Notes: generated by a model not told the origin, from the sequence alone. Shown: positions 1 to 9,771, counted from the stretch's first letter. The stretch: 64,000 nt of DNA from an uncultured Methanosarcinales archaeon (GCA_964397315.1 CAYNHV010000005.1:1-64000), one strand, 5' to 3'. Translations and numbers: made by a program.

Positions 1-104
1 TGCATTTTAGATGGTCAAATTTTTAGTCTTGAAAATGGCGCATTCGCACTAAAGTACGAGGTATTGAACCCACTGGAAAATGGCTTTGCGCCATTTTCAA
101 TAAA
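1..104 (+). repeat. Repeat family A (AAA-loop multi-hairpin element), partial copy cut by the window edge
   Basis: Near-identical to the reverse complement of 63797-63902 and similar to 5567-5726; 14-bp stem 29-42/87-100. Confidence 0.9.
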
Positions 105-193
105 TATGCCTTCATCTATATACTAGTATACAAACTGTTTTGAGGTGGAATGTGGAGAGCCTGTAAACCGGCCAGGCAGGCATTGATGATTTG

Positions 194-299
194 GTGTGAA
201 AAAGGCCGTAAAAAACGGATAGAAATGGTTGTATTGGGATGGGATGAGAAGATCTTGGCCTTTGGTTTCATTTTTCAACAGAATATTTATAAAAGAGGC
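194..299 (+). promoter_or_regulatory. Repeat block B carrying an archaeal TATA-type promoter
   Basis: Highly similar to 5978-6085; ends in ttcaacagaatatTTATAAAAgaggc about 25-30 bp before the next ORF. Confidence 0.7.
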
Positions 300-323
300 T
301 CTTCCTGAAAGCTGGTTGAAGAG

Positions 324-569
324 GTGATGATAATGCGGGATTTTAAGAATTACAAGCTAAATACCCTTCTCAATATGGCCTTGGTCAAGGAGAGGTCTGT
401 GAAAGGTCTGGAGGAGAAGCTGGAGGATTACAGGGCAAAGCTGAATGCCATAAAAGAGGCCATAAGGGATAAGCAGGAGCAGGAAGGCCTCTCTGACGGG
501 GATCTGGAGAGGCTCAGGAAAGAGGCTGAGGAGGAGTCAGAGGATGAGGGTGTTTGTCCTTTGGATTGA
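324..569 (+). CDS. Small coiled-coil hypothetical protein
   Basis: ORF downstream of TATA box and GAGGTG; charged heptad pattern; start could be 333. Confidence 0.6.
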   Translation: MMIMRDFKNYKLNTLLNMALVKERSVKGLEEKLEDYRAKLNAIKEAIRDKQEQEGLSDGDLERLRKEAEEESEDEGVCPLD

Positions 570-717
570 ATCATTGCTTTAGGCTCTTGCCTGAATCAGG
601 CCTGGAGTCTTAGAGGAAAGGCGATTTTTGGGCCAGTACCATATATGAAAATTTTTTTGTAATATATATAATGAAATATAGAAATTAATTTATAAATCAA
701 AACCCCTAATGACCTGC

Positions 718-805
718 AGAAGGGATACCCACCGTATTGCCTGAATAGGGAAGCCGAAAAGGCATTAGTGGGCTCAGGGGTGATACAACCCAACCCTTCT
801 TTTTT
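718..805 (+). ncRNA. Candidate structured small RNA
   Basis: TTTATAAA at 689-696; closing stem AGAAGGG(718-724)/CCCTTCT(794-800); inner stems CCCAC/GTGGG, TGCCT/AGGCA, GGGT/ACCC; T-tract at the 3' end. Confidence 0.45.
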
Positions 806-1313
806 ATTCTCTTTTCTTTAGGCTTAATCTATTAAAAAACCTGATGAACCCACCCATATCTTTTTTACTGAAATTATAGGCAGGTTTTCTTTTGCCCTTA
901 TAGATCTTGCTTATTTTAGGGTGCGCTTTTGACTTTTCTTTAGCCTCCTTGGGTTTTATCTTTAGAGACAGAAACAGTTGATTTTTACCATGGTTGCTGA
1001 AACATTTCTGTAAGCATTTCATATAATGTTTTGGCGGTTTTACATCAGGACATAACCATGTTCTTTTAACTGAACTGTTGTATAGGATATTCTCTTTTTC
1101 CTTAAGACAAAGGAAAACAAGATAAGCCTGTAAATAACCTGCTATATCACTTTCTGAGTATGTTTTTATTAGTTTGTCTTTAATCTTTAGCTTCCACGAA
1201 TGCTTTATCATTATACTGCTGGAAAATGAACTATCTTCAGCATATACTCCTGTGGCTGTGTCTTTATACCAGCTGTTATCAATCTGATTAGCTGTGTCTA
1301 TATGAAGTATCAT
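804..1313 (-). CDS. Hypothetical protein, possibly RNase H-fold (DUF3800-like) N-terminus
   Basis: ATG start MILHIDTANQID resembles the hhxhD first strand of RNase H-like folds; weak similarity only. Confidence 0.5.
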   Translation of the reverse strand: MILHIDTANQIDNSWYKDTATGVYAEDSSFSSSIMIKHSWKLKIKDKLIKTYSESDIAGYLQAYLVFLCLKEKENILYNSSVKRTWLCPDVKPPKHYMKCLQKCFSNHGKNQLFLSLKIKPKEAKEKSKAHPKISKIYKGKRKPAYNFSKKDMGGFIRFFNRLSLKKRE

Positions 1314-1490
1314 TAGAGAGAACAAAACTGATATCTTTTTAAAATTTATGCCGTAGAAAACGCCAAAGTATGCAAGATCTTATCAATCCTGACACTGTTC
1401 ATTGTTTCTTTAAAGGAGGAGGCCCATTTATTCCTTTCAGAATAAAACTTGCAGGAAATATTATAAAATAAGAATTATTATTCTTCCTGT

Positions 1491-1715
1491 ATGGCTGAGA
1501 AATGCAGGGTGTGCGGAAGCAGGAGCATGGAAACCAGGAATACAAGCATGGGGCCGAAGTTCTTGTGCATGGCCGCAGAGAAAGATCAGGACCTGCACGA
1601 TCGGATGAAGGAGCTCCTGGAGGAGGCTGAGAACACGGCCTCGCCCTTGCTGAGGAGGATTATAGAGATAGACCTTAAAAGGCTTAGGAGGAAGTGGAGG
1701 AAGGTTATATCATAG
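1491..1715 (+). CDS. Small Zn-ribbon/coiled-coil protein
   Basis: CRVC...C motif; TATA-like ATTATAAAA upstream. Confidence 0.6.
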   Translation: MAEKCRVCGSRSMETRNTSMGPKFLCMAAEKDQDLHDRMKELLEEAENTASPLLRRIIEIDLKRLRRKWRKVIS

Positions 1716-1995
1716 GAGTTCCGTTCTATCATTTGAGCTTTAGCGTTACATAAAGAACAAGAATGAATACCAACTCGAGTACATGGGTTAATTAATCCTG
1801 AGAAATTGGTTATTGCTTACCCTTATCTGGATGATCTTGGTCTTGGCCATATATCCTTTAAGGACTTTCAGATATAAGAATTAGCAGGATACAGTGATGG
1901 TACCTTTTTTGGTACCTGAAAGGGAGTTATATAAATAACCATATAATGAAACTAGAGACCACAAATTTTATATCTTCTTGTATATTTTATACTTC

Positions 1996-2205
1996 ATGGC
2001 ATTAAAAGATGTAATTAAGAAATATAAAATGAGCTTTATTGCATTATTAGTTGGTATTTTTGTTTTATATCTTGTGCCTAGGGATTTCATGCTTTTTGGA
2101 GATAACCCTTTTTTTAAGAATCTACCTTATTTAATCTTTGCAATATTGGTGGCGATTCTTGTAATCATTATTGTTATGGTTGATCTAAAAAGAAACCCTT
2201 TGTAA
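1996..2205 (+). CDS. Small two-TM membrane protein
   Basis: Two hydrophobic segments; ATG at 1996 after a TATA box. Confidence 0.6.
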   Translation: MALKDVIKKYKMSFIALLVGIFVLYLVPRDFMLFGDNPFFKNLPYLIFAILVAILVIIIVMVDLKRNPL

Positions 2206-2208
2206 AAA

Positions 2209-2625
2209 ATGTGTGTAATAAGAATGGATAACCCATCTAAAGAGGAAAAAGAGAATTTTATTTGGGCTAGTTATAATGGAAAATACCCTTCTTCTACTAT
2301 AAATATTGGTAAATGGTTAGTCTTTGTTTCAATAGATGAAGTAGATCAAGTTTGGAAAAAAGTTAGAGAAGCATTAAAAAATGGCAGATTAGGGGATACT
2401 GCTAAGGTCGGGACAAAATTACAGAGGGAATTATATAATTCTAAAGAACATGTGATATGCGTGTATACTCCTAATTATAAAGATAAGAAAGATGTGATGA
2501 GAATAAGGCAAGAATTAAGAGAATTAGGCATCACTAAGAAAGTACCTTACAAATCAGACACAGATACTCTTAAAGGAAAATATAAGTATAAGGGAGATAA
2601 AAATATTTCTTTGTATTATGAATAA
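2209..2625 (+). CDS. DUF1917-family (eIF4E-like fold) protein
   Basis: GKWLVFV...W..V......GRLG.TAKV...HVICVYT.NY.D..DV.R....LRELG...YKSD motifs. Confidence 0.75.
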   Translation: MCVIRMDNPSKEEKENFIWASYNGKYPSSTINIGKWLVFVSIDEVDQVWKKVREALKNGRLGDTAKVGTKLQRELYNSKEHVICVYTPNYKDKKDVMRIRQELRELGITKKVPYKSDTDTLKGKYKYKGDKNISLYYE

Positions 2626-2824
2626 TAAATTGGGAGAGCTCTGATTTGTGAATCCTTCTAGGAACACAACCCTTATATTAAATGGTATTGATAAAAGTTT
2701 CAGCTATTTCCCCTAACTATTTTATACTCAGTTCCTTATGAGGATCTTGTATATATAACCTTGCTTCATGAAAAAATCTTTCACGATATTTAATATTCTG
2801 AGATATATAAAATCACTGGAGAAA

Positions 2825-3637
2825 TCAATACACTCTAATGGATTCTATCAATTTATCAATATCATTTATACTCTTATCGTAATTTGTTGGACTAGCTGTG
2901 AATCCTATTTGGATTATCAAATCCGGCAATATTGCAGTAACTCGCATAGCTTTTATTTCATAATTTATTCCATCTATTGTTTGATTGTAAGTGTAGACTA
3001 CTTTTGTAGCATTGTGCCCTGCCAAAGTGCTATTTATATGTTGGATAATCGTTTGGTTAACCATATTACTTTCCAGACCTAAAAGACGATTATAAGTAGA
3101 TTCTCTTAATGGTTCATTTTCATAAAACTTAACTCTTATTACTTCTGATGCGGGATCTTCATCAATATAAAAGATAAGATGAGCAGAATTTGCATCATTA
3201 TTTACTTTTAGGTGAGATGGGTATTTTAATGAGATATATTCATCAGAATAAGTACTAAAATTCTCGTAATCAATATCGGAACTATATCTTATATCCACCC
3301 ACAAAAAGAGTATTAAGATTAAAGACATAATGACCAAGGGGATAATAGAAACAATAAAATGAATTATATTCAAAGAGTTTGATCTTTTTCTCATTTTAAT
3401 GTAAGCAAAATATGCCCACAACCCTAAAAGACTAAATATTAGTCCAAGAAAAAATGCTCCGACACCTTCTTTATTATTCTCTCTGGCAATTTTATAATTG
3501 TATCTTGCACAAAAATAGCTTATAAGGTAATAGATCAAACCAACAAAGTATCCACCTATGAATATAACATAAAGGATTATAATAATAAAAGTTGAGGCTT
3601 CAAGCCACCAAGGAATCTTGTGTTCTTCCTTATCCAT
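2825..3637 (-). CDS. Membrane protein with C-terminal PsbP-like domain
   Basis: 3-4 N-terminal TM segments; YSDEYISLKYP.. and final IESIRV strand typical of PsbP-like domains. Confidence 0.65.
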   Translation of the reverse strand: MDKEEHKIPWWLEASTFIIIILYVIFIGGYFVGLIYYLISYFCARYNYKIARENNKEGVGAFFLGLIFSLLGLWAYFAYIKMRKRSNSLNIIHFIVSIIPLVIMSLILILFLWVDIRYSSDIDYENFSTYSDEYISLKYPSHLKVNNDANSAHLIFYIDEDPASEVIRVKFYENEPLRESTYNRLLGLESNMVNQTIIQHINSTLAGHNATKVVYTYNQTIDGINYEIKAMRVTAILPDLIIQIGFTASPTNYDKSINDIDKLIESIRVY

Positions 3638-3842
3638 CTTAAGGCTTTAAATCATATTTGCTTAAAAATGTATTGGTAGAACTACAGATTACCTCTCTAA
3701 AGGGCTCTGAAAGCCAACATTCCTTTGTTTTTAGGCTTTGTACAACCTTGGTAAAAGATTATGAACCAAGATACCTATTTCAAAAACATTACATCTAAGT
3801 AAGGAGGATTTGAATCTCGAAATGGTTGTTTTCAAACTTTAT

Positions 3843-5384
3843 TTATTGTTGGTTTTGGAATCTTTTACTTTTATTTGATGTTTTATTGATATTGTTGATT
3901 ATCTCTTTTAATTTATTCTTATCCCAAATATCAACTTTATTGCTTTTAGCTAATTGAACAGCACTTTTAGTAAAAGTTCCTGTAGTTACTACCATAGCAG
4001 TATCTGCCCCATAATGTTTCTTAGAAGCAACTACTTCTTGTATAGCTTTATTGGTTATGGTTCCTGCATATTTTTTTGCTTGGACAACTGTTTTCTTCTC
4101 ATCTTTTTTAATAATCAAATCGGCTCCCTGATCTCCACTTAGTTTTGTTCTCATAACTTGATAACCTAAAACGGAAAACAATTCTTTAAGATAATCTTCA
4201 AACTGATGACCATTTAATTTAGAAAAGTCGCCTATCCTCTTTTTGGTTTCCAATCCTAAATTGTTCTCAAAGTCTTCTAATTCCTTTTCTTCAAGACAAT
4301 CTTTTAGTAAATGTTCTGGTTCGGAATCTGAATATTTTAATCCAAATTTATCAAAAAGGTCTTTAATTATCATTTCATTGGGTTCATCAAAACCCAGTTT
4401 AAGATATTCCTTTATTATCAATTCTTTATCTGTAGTTGTTATTTTAGAAATTCGTTTATATGCAGGAATTGTAAGTTTCTCAATAGTTTTTTTCATATCT
4501 TGTTCAACAATCTGAGCCATCTCCTCAAAAATTTGGATGTAATCACTTTTTATATCTTTTTTATCAAGAATCTTTTTTATTTTTTTGACATCTTTAATTA
4601 ATTCTAGCCCGTGGTTGCAAGTTGACTCTAATGACATTAATTCATCATAATCTGCCGATGTTGAAGGAGTATGCTCTTGTGCTTGTTGATACAATTTAAC
4701 AAAATGTTCTTGAAGAAAATCTAAATCATTTTCATAAATTAATCCGAAAATGTCCTTATCTCTAAAAATATATGAGATTATTCCTTTGAAATCTAAATCT
4801 TTACTTGATAAATATTTACTGCAATAATCTGCGACCAAAGGAGCGTTTTTTTCCTTTTCTCTAGCTTCCTCTTTCACTTTTTTTGCTTTTTCTTCTGCTT
4901 CTTCCTTCACTCTTTTTTCCCTTTCTTCTGCTTCTTTTTTCAGTCTTTTTCCTTCGTTAATTAGAAATGCTCTTTTTTCTTTCTTAATATTGCTCATATC
5001 AGAAATACTTTGGTTTAGGTCACCATTATCCTCTAAAACATTAACACAGTCAGAACATAATCTCCTAAATCCTTTATACCATCTAGCATGGTTATCAAAA
5101 CAAACCCAACAATTATCTCCTGTATATTTTTCTGGGTCTTTTGGAGGTTTTATATTATTATCCTCATTTCTAAATCTTTGTATAATATACTCAAACCGCA
5201 ATTTCATACCAGAATCAAAATTGGTTTTGTTATTTTTGTCTTTTAAATCCTCTTTTTCTGGCTGATTCTTAAAACCTTCATTACATTTAGAACAATATTT
5301 TAGTAGATTACCTCTTTCATCTTTATAATCAAATTTCTTTTCAAAAAATCCTAACTTTTTTCCACATTTTGCACATTTAACCAT
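3843..5384 (-). CDS. Mrr-family (type IV) restriction endonuclease with N-terminal Zn ribbons and coiled coil
   Basis: C-terminal G.QFE..L..LF...GY.V..T..SGDQGADLI...VQAKKY...AIQEV...VVT...FT..A..LA...V.IWD; CxxC pairs at the N-terminus. Confidence 0.9.
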   Translation of the reverse strand: MVKCAKCGKKLGFFEKKFDYKDERGNLLKYCSKCNEGFKNQPEKEDLKDKNNKTNFDSGMKLRFEYIIQRFRNEDNNIKPPKDPEKYTGDNCWVCFDNHARWYKGFRRLCSDCVNVLEDNGDLNQSISDMSNIKKEKRAFLINEGKRLKKEAEEREKRVKEEAEEKAKKVKEEAREKEKNAPLVADYCSKYLSSKDLDFKGIISYIFRDKDIFGLIYENDLDFLQEHFVKLYQQAQEHTPSTSADYDELMSLESTCNHGLELIKDVKKIKKILDKKDIKSDYIQIFEEMAQIVEQDMKKTIEKLTIPAYKRISKITTTDKELIIKEYLKLGFDEPNEMIIKDLFDKFGLKYSDSEPEHLLKDCLEEKELEDFENNLGLETKKRIGDFSKLNGHQFEDYLKELFSVLGYQVMRTKLSGDQGADLIIKKDEKKTVVQAKKYAGTITNKAIQEVVASKKHYGADTAMVVTTGTFTKSAVQLAKSNKVDIWDKNKLKEIINNINKTSNKSKRFQNQQ

Positions 5385-5472
5385 GATAATATGCAGTCAT
5401 AACATAAACCTTTTAAATTTTTCTTTTTAGAGAAATTCCCTTTCAATAATATATAAAAGTTTGACTATTATT

Positions 5473-5726
5473 TTATAAGCAAGTCATATCATCGACCTAA
5501 CAGTCTGGGTGTTGACATCCAAAGGATGTCTTCTACTTTGAGCAAAGCTCAAAGTATTTATGGACTTGCATTTCAGATGGTCAATTTTTAGTCTTAAAAA
5601 CCCTCAGAAATCAAAGATTTCTGGGGTGTAAAAAAATGCAATGCACTTTTGTGTATGGTGCCAGCGCACTAAAGTGCGTGGGGTATTGAACATATAGAAG
5701 ATGGTTTGACACCATTCTCAGATAAA
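5473..5726 (+). repeat. Repeat family A, full copy with an extra hairpin insert
   Basis: Colinear with the reverse complement of 63797-63996; hairpins gacatcc-aaa-ggatgtc, actttgagc-aaa-gctcaaagt, cagaaatc-aaa-gatttctg, cgcac-taaa-gtgcg. Confidence 0.9.
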
Positions 5727-5977
5727 GAATGGGCAGTGCCCCTCATCCCCCATAAGCGACCTGGACAACCAGATAGGCATCCTATGGAGTCTGTTTAGCA
5801 GTTATATGTTAAATACACTGCAGGAACTATTACATTTAGCTAGTCTCTATATTTTACTGAACCAAATAACAAAATACTATATCAGTATACAAAAGTGTAT
5901 ATCAACTTCTGGTAAATGATTAGGAAGATCTGTAAGTTCTTATCTCCATGGGTGGGTGAACCCCTCTGATGGGTTTT

Positions 5978-6085
5978 GTGTGATAAAAGCCATTAAAAAA
6001 TGGATAGAAAGGGTTGTATTGGGATGGGATTAGGGGAGTCTTGGCCTTTGGTTTCATTCTTCAACGGAATATTTATAAAAGAGGC
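5978..6085 (+). promoter_or_regulatory. Repeat block B (second copy), TATA promoter
   Basis: Highly similar to 194-299; TTTATAAAA about 35 bp before ATG 6116. Confidence 0.7.
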
Positions 6086-6115
6086 CTTCTCAGAACCAAG
6101 AAGGTGGGAGTTAAT

Positions 6116-6931
6116 ATGTCAAGAGCAAGGATTTTAGTGGGAATTCTGGTAATCCTGTGTTTAGTGGGTTTGGTTGGTTGTGAGGATAATCCGCAAACAA
6201 CAGCTTCTACACATGATGCAGGGACAGAGTCTCAAACAGATGTTATTGAAAACCAAAGTGAAGATGTACTCAATTCTACGGAAGTTTCAACAAAAAAATC
6301 TTCTAAAGTTACTCACCAGGAAGAGAGTGAAAATGTAATAGAAAAAGATAGCATGGTCTTTAAAGTTACTGATGTGAGGGAATGTATACCAGACTACTCT
6401 GTATATAGTAGGGGGTGGTCAGATAAGCTAATAAAAGAAGATACCTTCAGTGAGAAAAAAGAGGAGTTGAAAGAGATTTATACTAATTATTACGAGAACA
6501 AATATGATAAAAAAGGACGGGATTACAAACAAAAACTCCTTGAAAATAAAGAATATCTTAATATGAACACCTGTGTGAATGGTGAAGCAACTTCTGATAC
6601 AATCATATTTAATAAAAGATATAATAATGCGAACAATGTTGTTATGTATGACCCAAAAAATGAAAAAATTAAGAACTTACAATTGAGGGGAACTGTTTCT
6701 ACTTCAAGAGACCGCGAAATAGAGAAGGTTTCCATTTATGGGATGTTTTCAGGAACCCCAGAAGAAAATATAGATAATTGGGTTATATTCAAAATAAATC
6801 TAGAAGAACATACTACGCATACAGCCGCACCTGATTTTAAAGAGATCTGCAATAATGGATGTGATTTTGAGGTTATAAACAAAGCTGAGAACTTTTTTGC
6901 ATTCAAAATGAGAAACTTGATAGAGAGTTAA
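6116..6931 (+). CDS. Putative lipoprotein
   Basis: MSRARIL+hydrophobic stretch+LVGC lipobox, followed by an S/T/E-rich linker; ATG 6116 preferred over the upstream TTG. Confidence 0.75.
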   Translation: MSRARILVGILVILCLVGLVGCEDNPQTTASTHDAGTESQTDVIENQSEDVLNSTEVSTKKSSKVTHQEESENVIEKDSMVFKVTDVRECIPDYSVYSRGWSDKLIKEDTFSEKKEELKEIYTNYYENKYDKKGRDYKQKLLENKEYLNMNTCVNGEATSDTIIFNKRYNNANNVVMYDPKNEKIKNLQLRGTVSTSRDREIEKVSIYGMFSGTPEENIDNWVIFKINLEEHTTHTAAPDFKEICNNGCDFEVINKAENFFAFKMRNLIES

Positions 6932-6932
6932 C

Positions 6933-7259
6933 ATGGCCAGAAAAATAACAGAAGCGGAATTTGATCCAAAAAAACATATTAAAGAATATAAAAGAAAGTG
7001 TAAGCAATGTGGTAAAGTATGGCATGTTCTTGCATCTCGCGAGAAAAAACTCCAGAAGGATGTTAAAAGAAATCAATGCGATCAGATAACTTCCTCATGC
7101 GGGATGTGTGGGGGAAGGTGGGGCGCTCTAGGGGCATCCACACAATCTAAAAGGAATGAGCAAGCCCTTACAGACGAAGTAAGCCGTTTAAAAAAGTGCC
7201 CAAAATGTGGTTCAGGAAATTACTCTGAAGATGTCCTCATATATAAGAAAAAAGAATAA
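6933..7259 (+). CDS. Zn-finger protein
   Basis: CKQC...CGMC...CPKC motifs; coupled to the upstream gene. Confidence 0.75.
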   Translation: MARKITEAEFDPKKHIKEYKRKCKQCGKVWHVLASREKKLQKDVKRNQCDQITSSCGMCGGRWGALGASTQSKRNEQALTDEVSRLKKCPKCGSGNYSEDVLIYKKKE

Positions 7260-7488
7260 TCCACTAGCTGAATTCTCTATACTTTGTATTAGAAGAGTAT
7301 GGCACGGCAGATTAGGAAAGCATTTTAAGAAAAAAAGAAACATAATATGCCGTTTTCATCCTTCCTGCTCTAATTATGGCATACTAGCGCTTAGGAAATA
7401 TGGCTTTTTCAAAGGGTGGTTTCTGACCTTCAAAAGAATAAAAAGATGTAACAAGTCCAACACAGAATCTTGTGTTGATTATCCTTAA
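7231..7488 (+). CDS. yidD: YidD-family membrane protein insertion efficiency factor
   Basis: [10 protein letters not shown]...A..KYG..KG..L...RI.RC...DYP signature. Confidence 0.85.
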   Translation: MSSYIRKKNNPLAEFSILCIRRVWHGRLGKHFKKKRNIICRFHPSCSNYGILALRKYGFFKGWFLTFKRIKRCNKSNTESCVDYP

Positions 7489-7601
7489 GTAAATTCCATA
7501 TTAACTCAAACTAAATATCGCGCCACATCAAATCAAATTCTCTTAAAATTCTCCAGGACTCCACAAATCCTCCTATTGCAGCTAGGCAGTTTATCATCCC
7601 A

Positions 7602-7633
7602 GTTTCATTCTTCAACAGAATATTTATAAAAGA
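7602..7633 (+). promoter_or_regulatory. Core of repeat block B (third, partial copy)
   Basis: gtttcattcttcaacagaatatttataaaaga, about 20 bp before ATG 7654. Confidence 0.7.
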
Positions 7634-7653
7634 AACCCTGCTTGAATATAATC

Positions 7654-8139
7654 ATGGAGGGGGACGACGACATAATAGCTCTTTTAGCTCACATGAATGA
7701 AGAAGAGAAGAATGAGTATCAATCTCTAAATAACAGTATTGTTAAAGGTGGCAGTATTGTATTATTAGCTCTTGTCATGGTTGTTATCATACTATCAGGT
7801 ATGCTTGATAGTTACTTTGATAAGTTCATCCAAGATATAATATTTTATGTTTCTTTTGGGATATTTATAGTGAGTTCCTTATTCTTATTATATAACTATC
7901 AGCAAAGAAAGAAACATTTAGAGCTGGTGATCTACAAAATGCGTAAAAAGTATAGAGTGTATAAATCAGAGGATTGGAAAGAAAGAATGCCTGATTACAA
8001 GGAGGAAAAGCTTTCTAGGAAATCAATCAATGTTAGAAAGAAACATAAAGGCAAAGGCGGAGTAAACTATTGTGATAATTGTGGTGCTAAATTAAGCAAA
8101 GGAGCGAAATTCTGTTCTGAGTGCGGCACAAAACAATAG
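7654..8139 (+). CDS. Two-TM protein with C-terminal zinc ribbon
   Basis: Two TM helices; YCDNCGAKL...KFCSECG. Confidence 0.75.
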   Translation: MEGDDDIIALLAHMNEEEKNEYQSLNNSIVKGGSIVLLALVMVVIILSGMLDSYFDKFIQDIIFYVSFGIFIVSSLFLLYNYQQRKKHLELVIYKMRKKYRVYKSEDWKERMPDYKEEKLSRKSINVRKKHKGKGGVNYCDNCGAKLSKGAKFCSECGTKQ

Positions 8140-8226
8140 GGGTGCTTATCTCTCTGCTGGAAATCTACACAGAGTAGTTTCTATATTCTTCAACACAATA
8201 CCTTATAAAAGAACCCATTGGAGCCT

Positions 8227-8859
8227 CTAATTTTGTTTAATATTAAGCTCTAGAAAGTAAAAGTTGTTTATTTTTTCCCATTCAAATTTGTACTGTCCTT
8301 TAATTTCCACTACCACATCCTCCCTGCCTTTGCATTGTTCTGCCTGGAATTTGCCAGGTTTTGAGACATGCCCATTGTGCATAGGGAAGATTGTGCCAAC
8401 TCCCCTTGATGAGGGGTTTATATAGGAGGTACTGTCTGTCACCATGAAGAACCTTCCTAAAGAATGGCCTTGATTTAGGCTTTCTTCTAAGGCTTCTATA
8501 TCCTTATAAGCGTCAATTCTGCCGTAATCCTGAGCTCCCTGCTGTTTTGTCTTGAATTTTAGCTCTATTGAAGCTTTTATCTCTTCTCCATTGATTATAA
8601 ACCCGCACACCATATCAAAGTATTTGTCTTTGTTTTTGATCTCAGGACACTTCCTCTCAAGGTCTGTAAAGAACACTTCTTCTCTTTTAATGCAGAATAA
8701 GTTACCCACTGTTTTTATTATGCTGGCAAGATGATGCTGAAAAGGAGCTTCTCTAGTCACAAGGACCCTGCCGTTTGTGAACTGTGATTTGAATATACTC
8801 CAGGACAGATCAATTATCTTATCCAGTCTTTCTGAATAATCCTCTGGGATTTTTTCCAT
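8227..8859 (-). CDS. Putative PD-(D/E)XK nuclease-like protein
   Basis: REAPFQHHLA...FDMV...IELKF...KDIEALE pattern. Confidence 0.6.
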   Translation of the reverse strand: MEKIPEDYSERLDKIIDLSWSIFKSQFTNGRVLVTREAPFQHHLASIIKTVGNLFCIKREEVFFTDLERKCPEIKNKDKYFDMVCGFIINGEEIKASIELKFKTKQQGAQDYGRIDAYKDIEALEESLNQGHSLGRFFMVTDSTSYINPSSRGVGTIFPMHNGHVSKPGKFQAEQCKGREDVVVEIKGQYKFEWEKINNFYFLELNIKQN

Positions 8860-8913
8860 TTTTTATCTTCTTATACGCTTTTCTTCTCTTCTGGCTTCTC
8901 AACTAACCTACCT

Positions 8914-9771
8914 TTACCATCCTGTATCCACAACACCTCCATTGTAATACCACCAATCATAAAGATCCAGGAGGTTTTGGGCGGTGGATATTGGGTCTCC
9001 CTGACCAATACTCCCTGCAGTGTTCCCTACCAACCCCACCAGATCCACAAGCTGGTTTGTCTGATATTCGCCATGAATATAATAATGCCTGTTCTGGCTT
9101 GCTTCAAGATACTGGCTTGAGTAAGACCTTATATTATTTATCTGGGTGAGTACATTATTCCTGACAGCCTTCACATCAGCAGGATACAGCTTGTCATTAT
9201 TATCCTCAATATATTCCCCCAGCCCTGTTGCTTTATCTTCATAAGCTTCAACACATTTCAGAACATCCTCATCATAAGTATATAAGGTTCTCTGGTCATT
9301 GATGAGATTAACTTTAGAGTATGCTGTTTCAATCTGGCCTATACAGTGTTCATAAAGATCTGTTAGTGAGTTGTACTTGCTGACAAGCTCTTCATTTAGC
9401 CCTGAATCATATTCAGGTTCTGTCTCTTTAGGAGTCTCAGGGGTGTGGGTTTGGGCCTGCTTCTCTTCAATGCAGTGCATGACACCTTCACGTGAGCACA
9501 TAGGGGTTGTTTCTTCAGGACAACTATAACATTTTCCATCGCAGAAGTAAGGGCTTTCAGGAGGACATTCCATCTTCTGCTGTTCAGGCTCTGAGATACT
9601 CTCTGTTACCTGTTGTGAGGCTTCTTCCTCATCTTCTGAAAATATATCAATATTTTTTAAGCCTCTAGCAGCTGGGGCTCCAGACCGTAATAAAGCTCTC
9701 TCACAGCCTGCAGTTAAGAGCAAGGCGAGTATAAGCAATAAGGTTAGAATATTTGTTTCTGTTGTGTTCAT
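8914..9771 (-). CDS. Putative lipoprotein with Cys-rich segment
   Basis: LLLTAGC lipobox; CPPESPYFCDGKCYSCP cluster. Confidence 0.7.
   Translation of the reverse strand: MNTTETNILTLLLILALLLTAGCERALLRSGAPAARGLKNIDIFSEDEEEASQQVTESISEPEQQKMECPPESPYFCDGKCYSCPEETTPMCSREGVMHCIEEKQAQTHTPETPKETEPEYDSGLNEELVSKYNSLTDLYEHCIGQIETAYSKVNLINDQRTLYTYDEDVLKCVEAYEDKATGLGEYIEDNNDKLYPADVKAVRNNVLTQINNIRSYSSQYLEASQNRHYYIHGEYQTNQLVDLVGLVGNTAGSIGQGDPISTAQNLLDLYDWWYYNGGVVDTGW

Noticed and set aside
718..800. tRNA or hammerhead ribozyme
   Set aside because: No TTCRA T-loop or D/anticodon arms, and no CUGANGA core
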